64,000 nt of DNA. Origin: Eledone cirrhosa. Taxonomy: Eukaryota. Below, piece by piece: positions 38,695-51,266 of the stretch. The stretch lies in contig OZ024740.1 of NCBI GenBank assembly GCA_964016885.1, positions 202,182,001 to 202,246,000 of the forward strand. The letters are read 5' to 3'. Position numbers and translations under genes: made by a program. The notes beneath the pieces are model-generated. The model saw only the letters and a program-made list of their open reading frames with translations, had not been told where the DNA came from and did no database searches. Each line of letters begins with the position of its first letter. Position 1 is the stretch's first letter.

Positions 38695-41338
38695 AATATA
38701 TATATGTATACACATAATATATATACACATATATATGAACATACACATACACACATATATATACATACACATATACATATATATATGTGTGTATGGATTG
38801 ATTCCCAATGAGTTTCGGGAGTTGACCACAGTTTAAAAAGGTACTCAATATGTTGGTAGTGTATAGTCATCTTTCTCGTTAACATAATTACAGTCTTCCA
38901 CCTTCTTCAGAGAGAGGGGAGAGGGAGAGATACTACTGGTAATGATGTAAGCCAGTACAACCTGTTCAGGGTTGGGTCGTTGTGTTACTAAATAGATGAG
39001 GTGGGTGATTTTAGTCACCTTGCGGAGAGCTGGTAAATGGACCTCCGTTGGTTTCGATGGTGAGTGTTTCAGATGTTCGATTAACAAAATAGCATGCCTA
39101 TGAAATTAACATGACTGAGCATTCCCCAAACACTTGCATTCTCAGGGAGATTCAGCATGACACCGTGTCTGACAAGGCTGGCTCTTTGAACTATAGGTAC
39201 TGTCTATCCGTTGAGCTTCCAAATAGTTTTGAACTACGCAGCTTTACACACAAGGCCAGACGTTTGCCAGACAATGAGATTGAACCCAGGACCTAATGAT
39301 TGTGAAGCGAACTTCTTACCCCTTCAGCCATGCCATGTTTACACTCTGCTGGATCTTCTTCTTCGCCCACTTATTCCGGAGAGGGTTGTGGGTGCAGAGT
39401 CCTCAAACACTCCTTCCAGCGGGTCCTGTCAGAAGCAACCGTCTCCAACTGATCAAGCTGAATCCCCATACGTGACCAACCAAGCTCATGGATGTTATCC
39501 AAATATCTTGCTCAGAGTTTATTTACCCCTGGGTTTCCTGCCAGTTAAAATCTGTCCAGCGATTCTTTCCTGAGACATTCTAACCCCATGCCCATAGTAT
39601 CGGAGTTGTGATCTCTCAATTCGGAGAAGTAGCAGCTCTACCTAGAGGGATACTTTGATCTCCGAGCTATGGATTCTATCGAGTAATGTTACTCCAAAGA
39701 CCCTTTGGAGGAACCCCATTTCGGCCACTTTATTCACAATCATATTCTTTCACTCTGTAGGATGAAAAACAAAATATTTTTCATCCCACATGGTGTCTAA
39801 ATTTGCCACATGCTATTGTCTTTTAAAATATACAAAGACCAGGCTCTACAATCAATAAAAAATAAACACTTTGGACAATATAGTACTAGATTTAGAACAG
39901 ATTCAAAATAGATGCTATGTAGAGATCTACTACCTCTGTTGACTATAAAAGGTTTCTCCCTACAAACAAAAGGTTGCCTGTATATGATGTGCGATACTGC
40001 ATGGTAGTGAGACATGGGCAGAGGATATGTGAAGGCTGGAGATAAATGAAACAAGCATGTCGTTAATGTGCATCGAACGTTAATGTGCATGAACGACAAA
40101 GCATGGAAGAACTGAAAGACAACATGAGTATAAGAGGATACAGATGTAGTGTGCAATAGAGAAGACTGCACTGGTATGGACATGTGAATTGCATGGATGA
40201 TTATCATTGAGCAAAGAATTGCCACAGAATCCCAGTGGAAAGAAGTTACAGTAGAGGAAAACCAAAGAAGACCTGGGTGGAGGTGGTGAGAGCTGATCTC
40301 AAACCACTGAAGCTCACAGATGATGAAGAAAAATTGCGAGTGGAGAGATGCTGTACGAGAAAAGACTCATCCAACCCAAGCAAATATGGAAAAGGGAATG
40401 TAAAATGATAATGATGATGGGGATGGTCATGGTGTGAATACCTTCGATCATAGGTTGAACAGAAAGCCAACCTGTATATATAATTGATTCAACTGAACAT
40501 CCAATTAAGTTACAAGGCCCCTTACTTGAAACACATTTGAAAATTTCATTGTAAACATTTTTTGGGGCAGGAAGATGCACATCCTGCCCCTGGCCAACGG
40601 GGCCCTGTGCTTAAGCACACCTAAGCACAATGGTAAATCTGGCACAAGGCTTGGATAACCAAGAGATCGATAAAAGAAAGTATCAACTGGAAAAAGATGA
40701 GCACTGAAGGTCAATATGATTGACTAAATCCTGCAAGGGTAGTACTCCAGCATAGCCTTAGTCAAGTGACTAAAACTAGTAAAAGACTGAAATAATGTCA
40801 TCCATTACAACAAACTTGGTCGATTTCCTCTATTGCTGCATGTACCAAATAATGAAGGACCATGATGAATTATGAGACACTGTCAGGCCTGACTAATCCA
40901 TAACATCGGGGAAAACCAGATGTAAAATGATAATGATATTGATACAAATATAAACATGTACGCACATACACACACAGATATACAGACACATGCACACAGA
41001 TATACATTTCCATATACATACATACTCATACTAATACAGATATACACACACACACACAGATGTACACATCACACACACAGATGTACACATACACGTGTGT
41101 GTGTATGTGTGTAACAATATGAACTTAACAGGGTACATCTTAATTCATCTTAATCACAGTATAACTCTTTGAAAGAGCTCAACAAAGAATTATAAATAAT
41201 TATTTAATGCAGTTAAGTCTCTAATAACAAAATAGACTAGAAATAATTAACATTTGATAATCCTTTTTTAAGAAATGTTATGCTCAAAATGATATACTCA
41301 TCATGGGGTCCTTTTTGAAATGTTGGGTCATGTATTAA

Positions 41339-41543
41339 TCCTTTAGCATTTAAATCAGCCACATCCAGCCAGAATTTTCTCACCACTTTCTGTTCAAACT
41401 GACTGTAACTGGCTGCTCATACTGATGTTAAGGTATTGTTCTCAAAATGAATAATATTAAAATTTTAATTTCAATATTATGTGAGATAAAGCCTTTGCCA
41501 TGAAAATACAATAGTAAATATATAATAATGTGTTGCTAAAGGG
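41339..41543. mobile_element. piggyBac-type MITE (same family)
   Basis: TTAA-TCCTTTAGC...GCTAAAGGG-TTAA with internal similarity to the other copies. Confidence 0.78.
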
Positions 41544-44169
41544 TTAAGGAAGGATATAAGTGACTGAGTAAGAGTACTGATGGAAATGAATGGAAAAAAT
41601 GTACAAATATTTATTAATAAGTAAATATGTTTTAATTTCTGACTGAAGATATATTGAGAAATATATATGTATTAATCTTGTTTTTAAATTGAAAGAACCT
41701 ACTCTAGGAATGAAATAACAACAAGTATTTAAGCAAGATTTAACATTGTCAGCCCGTGACAAGATTCTCTATTTTTCCCTATTGTCTACATCTCCCTTCA
41801 CTAATTCCCTAGCTTGCATTTCTTCTCTCACACACAGTCACTTTCATCCTTCCTTGTCACATGATCAGTGCCGAATTTAGACCTTGGGTGACCCAGGGCA
41901 CTTTAGGGTTGGGGGGGGGGGGGGGCTCATACACCAAAAATTAGAATACACACCAAACCCCCAATTTTACAAATCAAAGTCAGCTGGTGTAAGTAATTGG
42001 AATTGAAAAGTTATATATACAGGTATTAAATCTAAAAAATCTAACTATCCTCATTTTTGTCCACTTTCCATACTGGCATGTGTTAGACAGGTTGTCGCAG
42101 TTGGAAACCAGACATATTGGAGTAACCTCATCTTTCTCCTACATTACATGGCATGGTTTCTATGGCTGGATGCCCTTCCTGACATAATCACTTTAAATTC
42201 TTTACTGGATGCACTGTTTTTGCAATAGCAGAACCACTTTAAGCAGCAACATCAAGTACATCTTATTAGAATATTGTTCTTATAACAACCTGATGTCTCT
42301 AAAGTTAAGAAAGTTTGATGAATTTTGCCACAGTAAGGACATTAAATACTTTTGGTTAAAAATATTATTCCATTGGCAAAGAGATAAAACTAAAATTTCC
42401 AGCAGAGGGCACAAATAAATTGCTACAGCGGTTGCTGGTGGGGACCCTGCTGTGGGGGAGCCTAGGGCAATTGCTCCCTTTGCCCCTGTTCTTTCTAGCC
42501 TTCTCTGTCGCCATGTCTTGCTCCCATAAATTATGGTACTTCTCACACATGCAACATTCACCTCTGCCTTCAGTTTTAGTGACACTCCCTCCTCATTAGC
42601 TCACCACCCAGTTCCCAGAACTTCTTCCATGCACATCACACTTTAGATATGGGGCGTATACATACCATATATACACATGTATAGGCAACGAATTGGCAGA
42701 GTAATTAGAATATCAAATAAAATGCTTTACTGTATATGTTCTGGCTCTATATTCTCTGAATTCAAATCCTCTCAACTTTGCCTTTCATCCTTTTGAGGTT
42801 AATAAAAAAAATACCAGTCAAATACTGAGGTCGATTCTTCTTCTGTATCTCTTTTTCACTTCCTCTTTCTCACTTTCTACCCTTCTCTTGAAGAAATCTG
42901 TTATGTTCAAATCTGGAAAATAGATGGGCTCCCACAGGCTTTCAAATGCCCAAGAAACGCTGTATGTCACTTCTGCGCCCCTATGATTCCACCAGGAGTT
43001 ACGGGACCATACATATACTCGTGTATAAGTTATACCTTTTCCCAAGAAAATACGGTCTGAAAAACCAGCTTGTGACTTATCTACTGGCCACACAAAACCT
43101 CAATTTAATAACTACTTTGTCATTTATGGTACAATTGTTTATCTAGCTCTATTTCAGGATCCCAGATCCTCAACCTTTGACCACATTTTGTAATATAAAT
43201 CCATCAATATATCAGGGGAGCAGCTGAATCTTGACCAAAAGATCTCGCTAAGATGTAGAAAGCAACAACAATAATAAGAGGTGTTTTAAAGCTTCATACT
43301 CATCATGGGTCCTTCCTAGCATCAACCCCTTTAATCACCTCTTATGATATGCAGAGATACAGTGTACCTAGGAGCAGCACTTCCATTAAGTTATCTTGGC
43401 AGCCACCTAGGTTGTAGGCCCCTGAGAGGTGCATTACTGAACCTTAAAAGGTCACAATTTGATACAAATTTGTATAATTTAATTAAATATATTATATTTC
43501 CTGTTTAATTAAATATATTAGAATTTCCTGTGGACAATAAATAAATCACAAAACATATTCAGATCTGTCAACTCTCCCCACCAGACTGGAAGATCTCCCA
43601 CTAGGTGGAAGATGTGAAAATGGGTATAGCTTTCATTATGTAAAAATCTCCCCAATTTGTCTCATTTCTCCTTGTTTGGGGGCACTTTTTGGGGATTTTT
43701 CAAGGTTAGCTGGTCTGCATATTACCATGGAGCAGTGCTGTAGAAAAATCTGAAGTGAGACAGAGGGTCATATGGTGTTATGGCCTGTCACATGATTTGG
43801 TGTGGGTGAGTGTGGACTGTGTAGTGGAAAATGCAGACTTATCCATTTTCTTAGTGTGGTCAGAGTATGAAGTGACAAGAACTAGGTTCATCAGTTTACC
43901 AAGCTGTAGAGCCAGAATAGGACCCTAAATACACCAATCAGCTTACTAAACTGTAAGTTGAAATTATTTAAGTTGGGAGATGGGGGTGGATAACTGAGAA
44001 AGAAACACATTTTGTAACGATAGCCAAGGACCCTAAACACCCGGGTGTCAACTCTGGGTGTTTTTCTTCTAAACCGGATAAGGACAGCGTCTGAGATGTA
44101 GAAAGGGGAGGATATTTACAGGATATGGCTTATTAACGATTAAAAATGGGCCGCAAAGTAAAATTCATC

Positions 44170-44940
44170 TTAAGTTTATTTAGTATATATAATGTACACT
44201 CCTTCATAAGGAAGTTTGTTCTATATATATGTGTGTATGTGTGTGTGTGTGAAAGAGAGAGAGAGAAAGATAAATGGGAAGACAGAGAGAGAGAGAGAGA
44301 GAGAAAGAGAAAGGGGAAGGCAGAGAGAGTGAGAAAACAAAGTATGGGGAACGGAGTGAGAAAGAGAGACAGACACTCAAAAGTAGACTAATGTAATAGA
44401 GAGAGTGTGTGTGTGAGAGAGAGAGAGACAGAGGAAGATAGATAAATGTAAAATATACTGGGAGAGAGACATACAGACAGAAATGGAGATAGAGAGACGC
44501 TAAAATATAGACTAGAGAGAGAGAGTGAGAAGACAGAAAGAAAGACAAAGAAAAAGATAGTTTAATGTAGTAGAGAGGGAAAGAGAAGATAGGGCGAGAG
44601 AGAGAGGAGGTACACAAAGCGAAACATAAATTAATATAAGAGAGAGACAGATAGACAGACAAATACAAGGACCGAAACACTGGCTTCAGGGTGGGGGTGG
44701 TTTCTTCTCCGAAGACTTGCTGCTGTCCAGCTCTCTTGAGAGTTTCTTACCACCACTAATGTAAGAGAGAGTATCTATGACTGTGAGAGAAGGGCAAACA
44801 ATGAGAGGGAGACATACAAAGATAAACCAATGTCTGAGAAAGAGTGTGTGTGTTTATGGGTGAGAGAGAAAAAGATTATGTGTGTGTAAGTGTGTGTGAG
44901 AGAGAGAGTGAAACAGACAGAGACGGAAAGTAAGACATGA
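44170..44940. repeat. GA/GT-rich low-complexity tract
   Basis: Degenerate (GA)n, (GACA)n and (GT)n runs. Confidence 0.85.
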
Positions 44941-45049
44941 AAATTGGTGTGTGTGTATGTATCTGTGTGTTTGTCTGTCCATTTCCAGTAGTTGAAATAG
45001 TTTTCTCATGTTAACCAATTTTAATTCAATTTTGTTATATAAATATACT

Positions 45050-45363
45050 TATTCTCAGGTCCCAAATAATAGAGGGGTGGTGCAATAATCAGAGAGTGGG
45101 GGTGGACATTTTGCTTAAATTCTTATAAGTGTGTATGTGTGTGTGGGGGGGGGGGGGGGTAATTGTATAGTGTACGTCCGTAAATATGGGATTTTTTTGT
45201 TATATATAATGTTAATTTTAATACAAAATAAAATTATTATTAGATTCTCAAGCTGCTGTATCAATATGAATCACTTACAATAAAATTTCGCAGGAGATAG
45301 ATTAGCAAAATTTAATGGGGAATTAATAAGCGGGCGGGGACGATTATTCAAGACTTGAGAATA
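45050..45363. mobile_element. MITE with about 21-bp imperfect TIRs
   Basis: TATTCTCAGGTCCCAAATAAT ... ATTATTCAAGACTTGAGAATA. Confidence 0.55.
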
Positions 45364-45761
45364 CATATTCTTTAGCCAGTTTCAGCCATTAAACTGCAGT
45401 CATGCTAGGGCACCATCTTGATTTAGTTAATCACTATAAACCCAATACTTATTTTTCAAGTCTGGTAATTATTTTAACGATCTCTTTATGTTGAACAGCT
45501 AATTTACGAGACATAAACACAGACACAAACGTAAACAAACATGCGCACACATTCACACACACACACACACATATATATATGATTTCTTTTGAATGAAACA
45601 GTTCTAGTCCCGTAGAAGCCATTTCTATAATAAACGTGATGTTTACACTCTACTAATGTATTGATTACCTTACTAACTGTGGTTACCCCCGATTGAACCC
45701 GGGACTCACACACACATATATTTATACAGGTTCGCAATCTCTTATCCGAAAGATTGTAAAC

Positions 45762-45848
<87 letters not shown>

Positions 45849-45913
45849 TTCAAACGATATACAAAAAGTCGCTTTCATATATCTAGTTGAGAAACAACGT
45901 AGTATCATGTACA

Positions 45914-46412
45914 TCTATATATATAAAACTGAGGGTGTGTGTGTGTGAGAGTTTGAATCCCTTAAACTCGAGAAGTACCCAACCAATTTTTTTCAAACTT
46001 TACATGTGTATTACTTATGTTTCAGGGAGTGTTGTGCATATGTTGCAGGGAGTGTTGATACCCTAGGGCCCGCATTAGGTGAAAAACTGCGTTTTTTTTA
46101 GCTTTTTAGGTTTTTTTTTAGGAGTTACGTCAGACCGATTTCCTTGAAATTGTAACTATATATTAGTCAATCTCTTCTTCATACTGTGAGCAAAGAAAAT
46201 ACAACTTCTTTATGGCCTAGGGCCCGCATTAGGTGAAAATCTGCATTTTTGCAGTTTCATCGAGGAAAATCTTAAAGATTATCCAGCCATCAGAGTATTC
46301 GATCTATTTTCTTTACATATTGTCCAAGCATGCAGTTTTTCCACGATTAGGTCTGTTGGCGGCCCGCGTTCCAAAATACCTTATCCCGTGCAACGCCGGG
46401 TAGCACTGCTAG
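45914..46412 (+). mobile_element. Non-autonomous Helitron
   Basis: Inserted between A and T. 5' end TCTATATATATAAAA followed by (GT)n. 3' hairpin CCCG-TGCAACGC-CGGG then CTAG terminus. Internal direct repeat CCTAGGGCCCGCATTAGGTGAAAA at 46062 and 46217. Confidence 0.85.
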
Positions 46413-46484
46413 TATATATATATATATATATAATGATTTCTAGTATACCGATACTGCCAATCCACCATATATAATGATTATAAT

Positions 46485-46900
46485 TGTTTCTACTTTTGGC
46501 ACAAGGCCAGCAATTATCCAGTGCACTACTGGTACTTTATTTTATCGATCCCGTAAGGATGAAAGGCAAAGTTAACTTCGGTGGCATTTGAACTCAGAAT
46601 GGCAAGGGCCGTAACTCTATCCTTCAAAGCATGGCGTCCGATTCTCTACCCATACTGCCAATCCATGATAATTGTTTCTACTTTTTGGCACAAGGCCAGC
46701 AATTACTCAGTGCATTACTGGTACTTTATTTTATCGACCCCGTAAGGATGAAAGGCAAAGTTAACCTCAGCGGGATTTGAACTCAGACCATAAAGGGCCG
46801 TAACTCTTTGCTGCAAAGCATGGCGTCTGACCCTCTACCGATACTGCCAATCCACCGCCATGATAATAATTGTTTCTACTTTTGGCACAAGGCCACCAAT
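46485..46900 (-). mobile_element. Tandem array of tRNA-derived SINE copies
   Basis: Two complete head-to-tail copies (about 46485-46665 and 46675-46860) plus fragments, same core as 7070-7260. Confidence 0.8.
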
Positions 46901-46927
46901 TACCTGAATATATTCACTCATATACAT

Positions 46928-46961
46928 GCTGCTGCTACTGTTACTGCTGCTGCTGCTGCTG

Positions 46962-47010
<49 letters not shown>
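46928..47010. repeat. (GCT)n/(ACT)n trinucleotide microsatellite
   Basis: Read directly. Confidence 0.95.
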
Positions 47011-47012
<2 letters not shown>

Positions 47013-47322
47013 TGTGGTTGTGCGCTTGTGTGTGTATATGTGTATATATGTGTTTGTGTGTGTATATATCTATGTGTCTGTGACCAGTGTATATAGGTCA
47101 CAGACACCCACACACATATATATATATATGTATACACACACATATATGGGCCTTCCAATTTCATTTTACATTATATACATGCCTGTGTTTATTTTCAATT
47201 ATTCAAAAATTTTTCTTAAGTGAACATGATCCATGATATATATAGTTTGAAATAACAATAAACAAACAAACACAGGAGTAAATGTTACATGGTGTTATTA
47301 GCTTCATGCTTAATGAGAGTGG

Positions 47323-47353
<31 letters not shown>

Positions 47354-47360
<7 letters not shown>

Positions 47361-49310
47361 GTTTGAATATGTGTAATAAGGCCAAAACAATGCAGGTATG
47401 GACATAGAAAAAAGGAATGCAATAGTGAAAGATATTGATGAGAATTCGTCTTTCACCTTGAATTTATTTAAATGTCCTTAATTTTCGAGATAATATCTCT
47501 TCTTCGGAGGGAAGTAAAGGTCTCAAACCAGCGTCTTTAAATCTCTAGCCAAGCCATGCTGACCGGAAATAGTATAGAGTATCTGTTCTAACTCTAATAT
47601 CAAAGAATTAAAATTAGGTGGATAAAGAGTAGTCTCCCTTTAAGAGGGGTTTGTTTAGGGTTTTTTTTAAATTTTTTTTTTAAATTTTATATACGTGCCT
47701 GTATATGTGTGTGGGAGAATGCATGAAGGTGTAGGTATGTGGGTGTGTGTGTGTGAGTGTGGGAAGATAGGGCTAATCGTAAAAGTGGGGGGTAGGTGTT
47801 ATCTGGTGTTAGAACTGGTTTTGTGTGTGTATGTGTGAGAGAGAATAAGTGGAGGTGTAAGCGTGTGTGTGTGCGCGTGCGTGTGTGTGGGGTGTGTAAA
47901 AATGGGGCTAGAGGCCCTATCAGGTTATAAATTGGGTGTTGAGCTCTAGTCTATTATTGATTGGTGGATGTGTTCTATCTATAATAAGTGCTTCCTTAAT
48001 TCTAAGATTGCCGAGGTTTCTTTCCTTAGTTTCTATCCTAACTGTTATGTTTTTATCGGTGTTTTTGCATTTAACTAGGTGTTTCTTAAATGAGGAAGCG
48101 TTAGTATTGAGGTGTTCTTTTATTCTGTTGTTGTTTCTTCACTGAAGTGTGGGAGCTTCAGGAAACAAGTGTTAGTGCCTCGGGTGTGGTGTCCTCTGTT
48201 CTTTCTGGCACGGTTTGTGGTGGATGTCGTGTATCCGTTCAGTTTGAGAAGAAACAACAACAGCCATCCGCAGAGCCATCAGACGAGAGGGACTGGATAT
48301 CCAACTGGCCCACTCGGGTCCTTCTCTGCGCGGACGGCTGGCCAAGAGACACTCCACCAGACATGACAACTGCTGCAGACTAGCCAACTGCCCCATCAAC
48401 GACACAGACCTATGCCACCAGGCTTACGTAGTATACAGACTAGAGTGTGACAAATGCAACAACTTCTACATAGGTAGCACCACCAGACCACTCCACATAA
48501 GAATAAAAGAACACCTCAATACTAACGCTTCCTCATTTAAGAAACACCTAGTTAAATGCAAAAACACCGATAAAAACATAACAGTTAGGATAGAAACTAA
48601 GGAAAGAAACCTCGGCAATCTTAGAATTAAGGAAGCACTTATTATAGATAGAACACATCCACCAATCAATAATAGACTAGAGCTCAACACCCAATTTATA
48701 ACCTGATAGGGCCTCTAGCCCCATTTTTACACACCCCACACACACGCACGCGCACACACACACGCTTACACCTCCACTTATTCTCTCTCACACATACACA
48801 CACAAAACCAGTTCTAACACCAGATAACACCTACCCCCCACTTTTACGATTAGCCCTATCTTCCCACACTCACACACACACACCCACATACCTACACCTT
48901 CATGCATTCTCCCACACACATATACAGGCACGTATATAAAATTTAAAAAAAAAATTTTTAAAAAACCCTAAACAAACCCCTCTTAAAGGGAGACTACTCT
49001 TTATCCACCTAATTTTAATTCTTTGATGTTAGAGTTAGAACAGATACTCTATACTATTTCCGGTCAGCATGGCTTGGCTAGAGATTTAAAGACGCTGGTT
49101 TGAGACCTTTACTTCCCTCCGAAGAAGAGATATTATCTCGAAAATTAAGGACATTTAAATAAATTCAAGGTGAAAGACGAATTCTCATCAATATCTTTCA
49201 CTATTGCATTCCTTTTTTCTATGTCCATACCTGCATTGTTTTGGCCTTATTACACATATTCAAACGTTTATACCTCATTACACAATGCTTCAAGTGAACT
49301 ATAACCTCCT

Positions 49311-49313
<3 letters not shown>
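47354..49313 (+). mobile_element. Penelope-like element 3' portion with 773-bp inverted duplication, flanked by (TA)n
   Basis: Arms 47354-48126 and 48500-49272 are near-identical inverted repeats. GIY-YIG ORF on plus. The right arm extends 41 nt further to the 3' end. Confidence 0.93.
48251..48706 (+). CDS. Penelope-like GIY-YIG endonuclease C-terminal ORF fragment (no start; missed by ORF track)
   Basis: Manual translation ETTTAIRRAIRREGLDIQLAHSGPSLRGRL...CCRLANCPINDTDLCHQAYVVYRLECDKCNNFYIGSTTRPLHIRIKEH...HL...NLRIKEALII...INNRLEL..*. VVY/YIG, catalytic R and E, and CCHH-type residues are present. Confidence 0.9.
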   Translation, partial: ETTTAIRRAIRREGLDIQLAHSGPSLRGRLAKRHSTRHDNCCRLANCPINDTDLCHQAYVVYRLECDKCNNFYIGSTTRPLHIRIKEHLNTNASSFKKHLVKCKNTDKNITVRIETKERNLGNLRIKEALIIDRTHPPINNRLELNTQFIT

Positions 49314-49406
<93 letters not shown>

Positions 49407-49447
49407 GATATTAATAAATGGAAACTATATTTATAAAACCATATTTA

Positions 49448-49508
49448 TTTCATTATACATATTTCAGGGATACCAAATTAAATTATGGTATGCCTTCATC
49501 AGACAAAA
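49448..49508 (-). ncRNA. Type-I minimal hammerhead ribozyme (3' end of the 51267-53090 PLE)
   Basis: UUUUGU-CUGAUGA-AGGcAUACCA(loop)UGGUAUcCCU-GAAAU-AUGU-AUA-AUGAAA. Intact core, good stem II, weak stem I with GU pairs, AUA cleavage triplet. Confidence 0.75.
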
Positions 49509-51266
49509 TACAATATATAACAGTTTTACAAATAAGCTTTGACGTACCCTTTTAAAATGCAACCATTATTTTTGGAAGCCATCCGGATAGTGAGTTGTTT
49601 ATATTATTTTAATAAGTCATAGTGTTAAGGACAATTAGAAAAAGACGGAGAGAAAGAAAAAGACGGAGAGAGAGAGAGAAAAAACGGGGAGAAATATCGG
49701 GGAGAGAGAAATGCATGGAGAAAAAAGAAAGAGATAAATAAAGACAGGAGGAAAGAAAGAAAAAAGAAAAAAGAAAAAAGAAAAAAGAAAAAAGAAAAAA
49801 GGAAGAAATAAGAAAAACAGAGGAAAGCAACAGAGAGATATTAAGTCATCAGATAGAAAAACTCAAGAGAGAGAAATATTATATAGAGAGAGGGGGAGAT
49901 AATGAAAACTTTACGTCATGTCATATTAAGTTGAGTTAACAATTTATATGAAATGAATAATAAAAATATAAATATTAATATTCATGAATGGGACATAGAT
50001 ATATAATATGAGAAATTAAACATTGTTTAATAATGACTATATGTTTAGTTTAAAACTTGAGATCAATATACCAAAATTTTGGGTTTAATCATCCAAAATG
50101 TACACATTGCTAGAGAAATCAGTACCTTAGGCAAAGACACACAAATATATATATATATATACGCACGTCCTGAAAATAGAAATTATATTTACTCAAGTCA
50201 ACAATATAGACATACAAAACGCAGACGATTTCTCTTAATCACTGCTATACATTCCTTGTGTTATAAAAAGTTCACAGTACATATACATAAATATACGATT
50301 ACCATTCATTTCTTCATATATACGATTACCATTCATGCATTTAACATTCTGTTAAAATTATGCATATCTGCAATCAAAACTGCGTGGTTAGGCAACATAT
50401 CTCTTACCCACCCACATACATATACATATATATATATACACATATATATGTATAAATAAATATTTGCGTGCGTTTTCACGCATCACTCATGTATACATAC
50501 AGACATATATACAATCATAAAAAACCTATAACACTTTTATATGCATGTTAATACACACATACACATTTGTATAGAGATAATCAAATATCAATATATTACT
50601 AAGGATTATACTTTGGAAATATAATTATAACAATATAAATTTAAAATACCAAAGGATTATATTTTGGAAATACAATTATATTAGTATAGTCAAAAGGACA
50701 AACGAATTCTAGAAATATCAAAGCATTAAATATCTTTAAAACACTATAGAGTATCTTAAGTTAAAATAATATGTTTCATATATTTAGTATAGAAATTTAC
50801 CCTACGTATATTTCAATCAAGATATTGAAAGGGTAGACTTATGAAAATTATGAGAAGCTATCAGAATCAAAACAAAACTAATAAAAATAAATAAAAATAA
50901 AAATAAAAATAAAAATAAAAGTTAAATAAATATTATATCAATATAATTTAAAAATTAAAAAATTTAAAAATTTAAAAATTTAAAAATTTAAAAAATTTAA
51001 AAAAGTTTAAAAAATTTAAAAAATTTAAAAAATTTAAAAATTTAAAAGATTAAAAAAACCCAAGGATTCTACAGATATCCTTATATTTAGTATAGAAATT
51101 TATCTTACGTATATTTTATTTAAGACATTGGAAGTATAGACATTTTAGAGTAGTTTATTATATCTATGTTTATATTTAGGAAGAAAGTTTAAAAAGAAAA
51201 AGGTGAAGGAATCTAATGATTTATCGACAGGTTTCATATATTAACTAAATTAGTTAATTAATTATA

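Noticed and set aside
40560-42490. GC-rich fragments resembling hAT-type MITE ends (40560-40640, 41868-41945, 42420-42490)
   Set aside because: Could not pair TIRs or find target-site duplications, so not called as a feature.
47936-48690. Duplicated hydrophobic ORF MLSSSLLLIGG (47936+ and 48690-)
   Set aside because: Antisense reading of the GIY-YIG coding strand in the two inverted arms.
49840-49860. CTGATGA on minus strand in the PLE 3' UTR
   Set aside because: No stem II or GAAA partner within a plausible distance.
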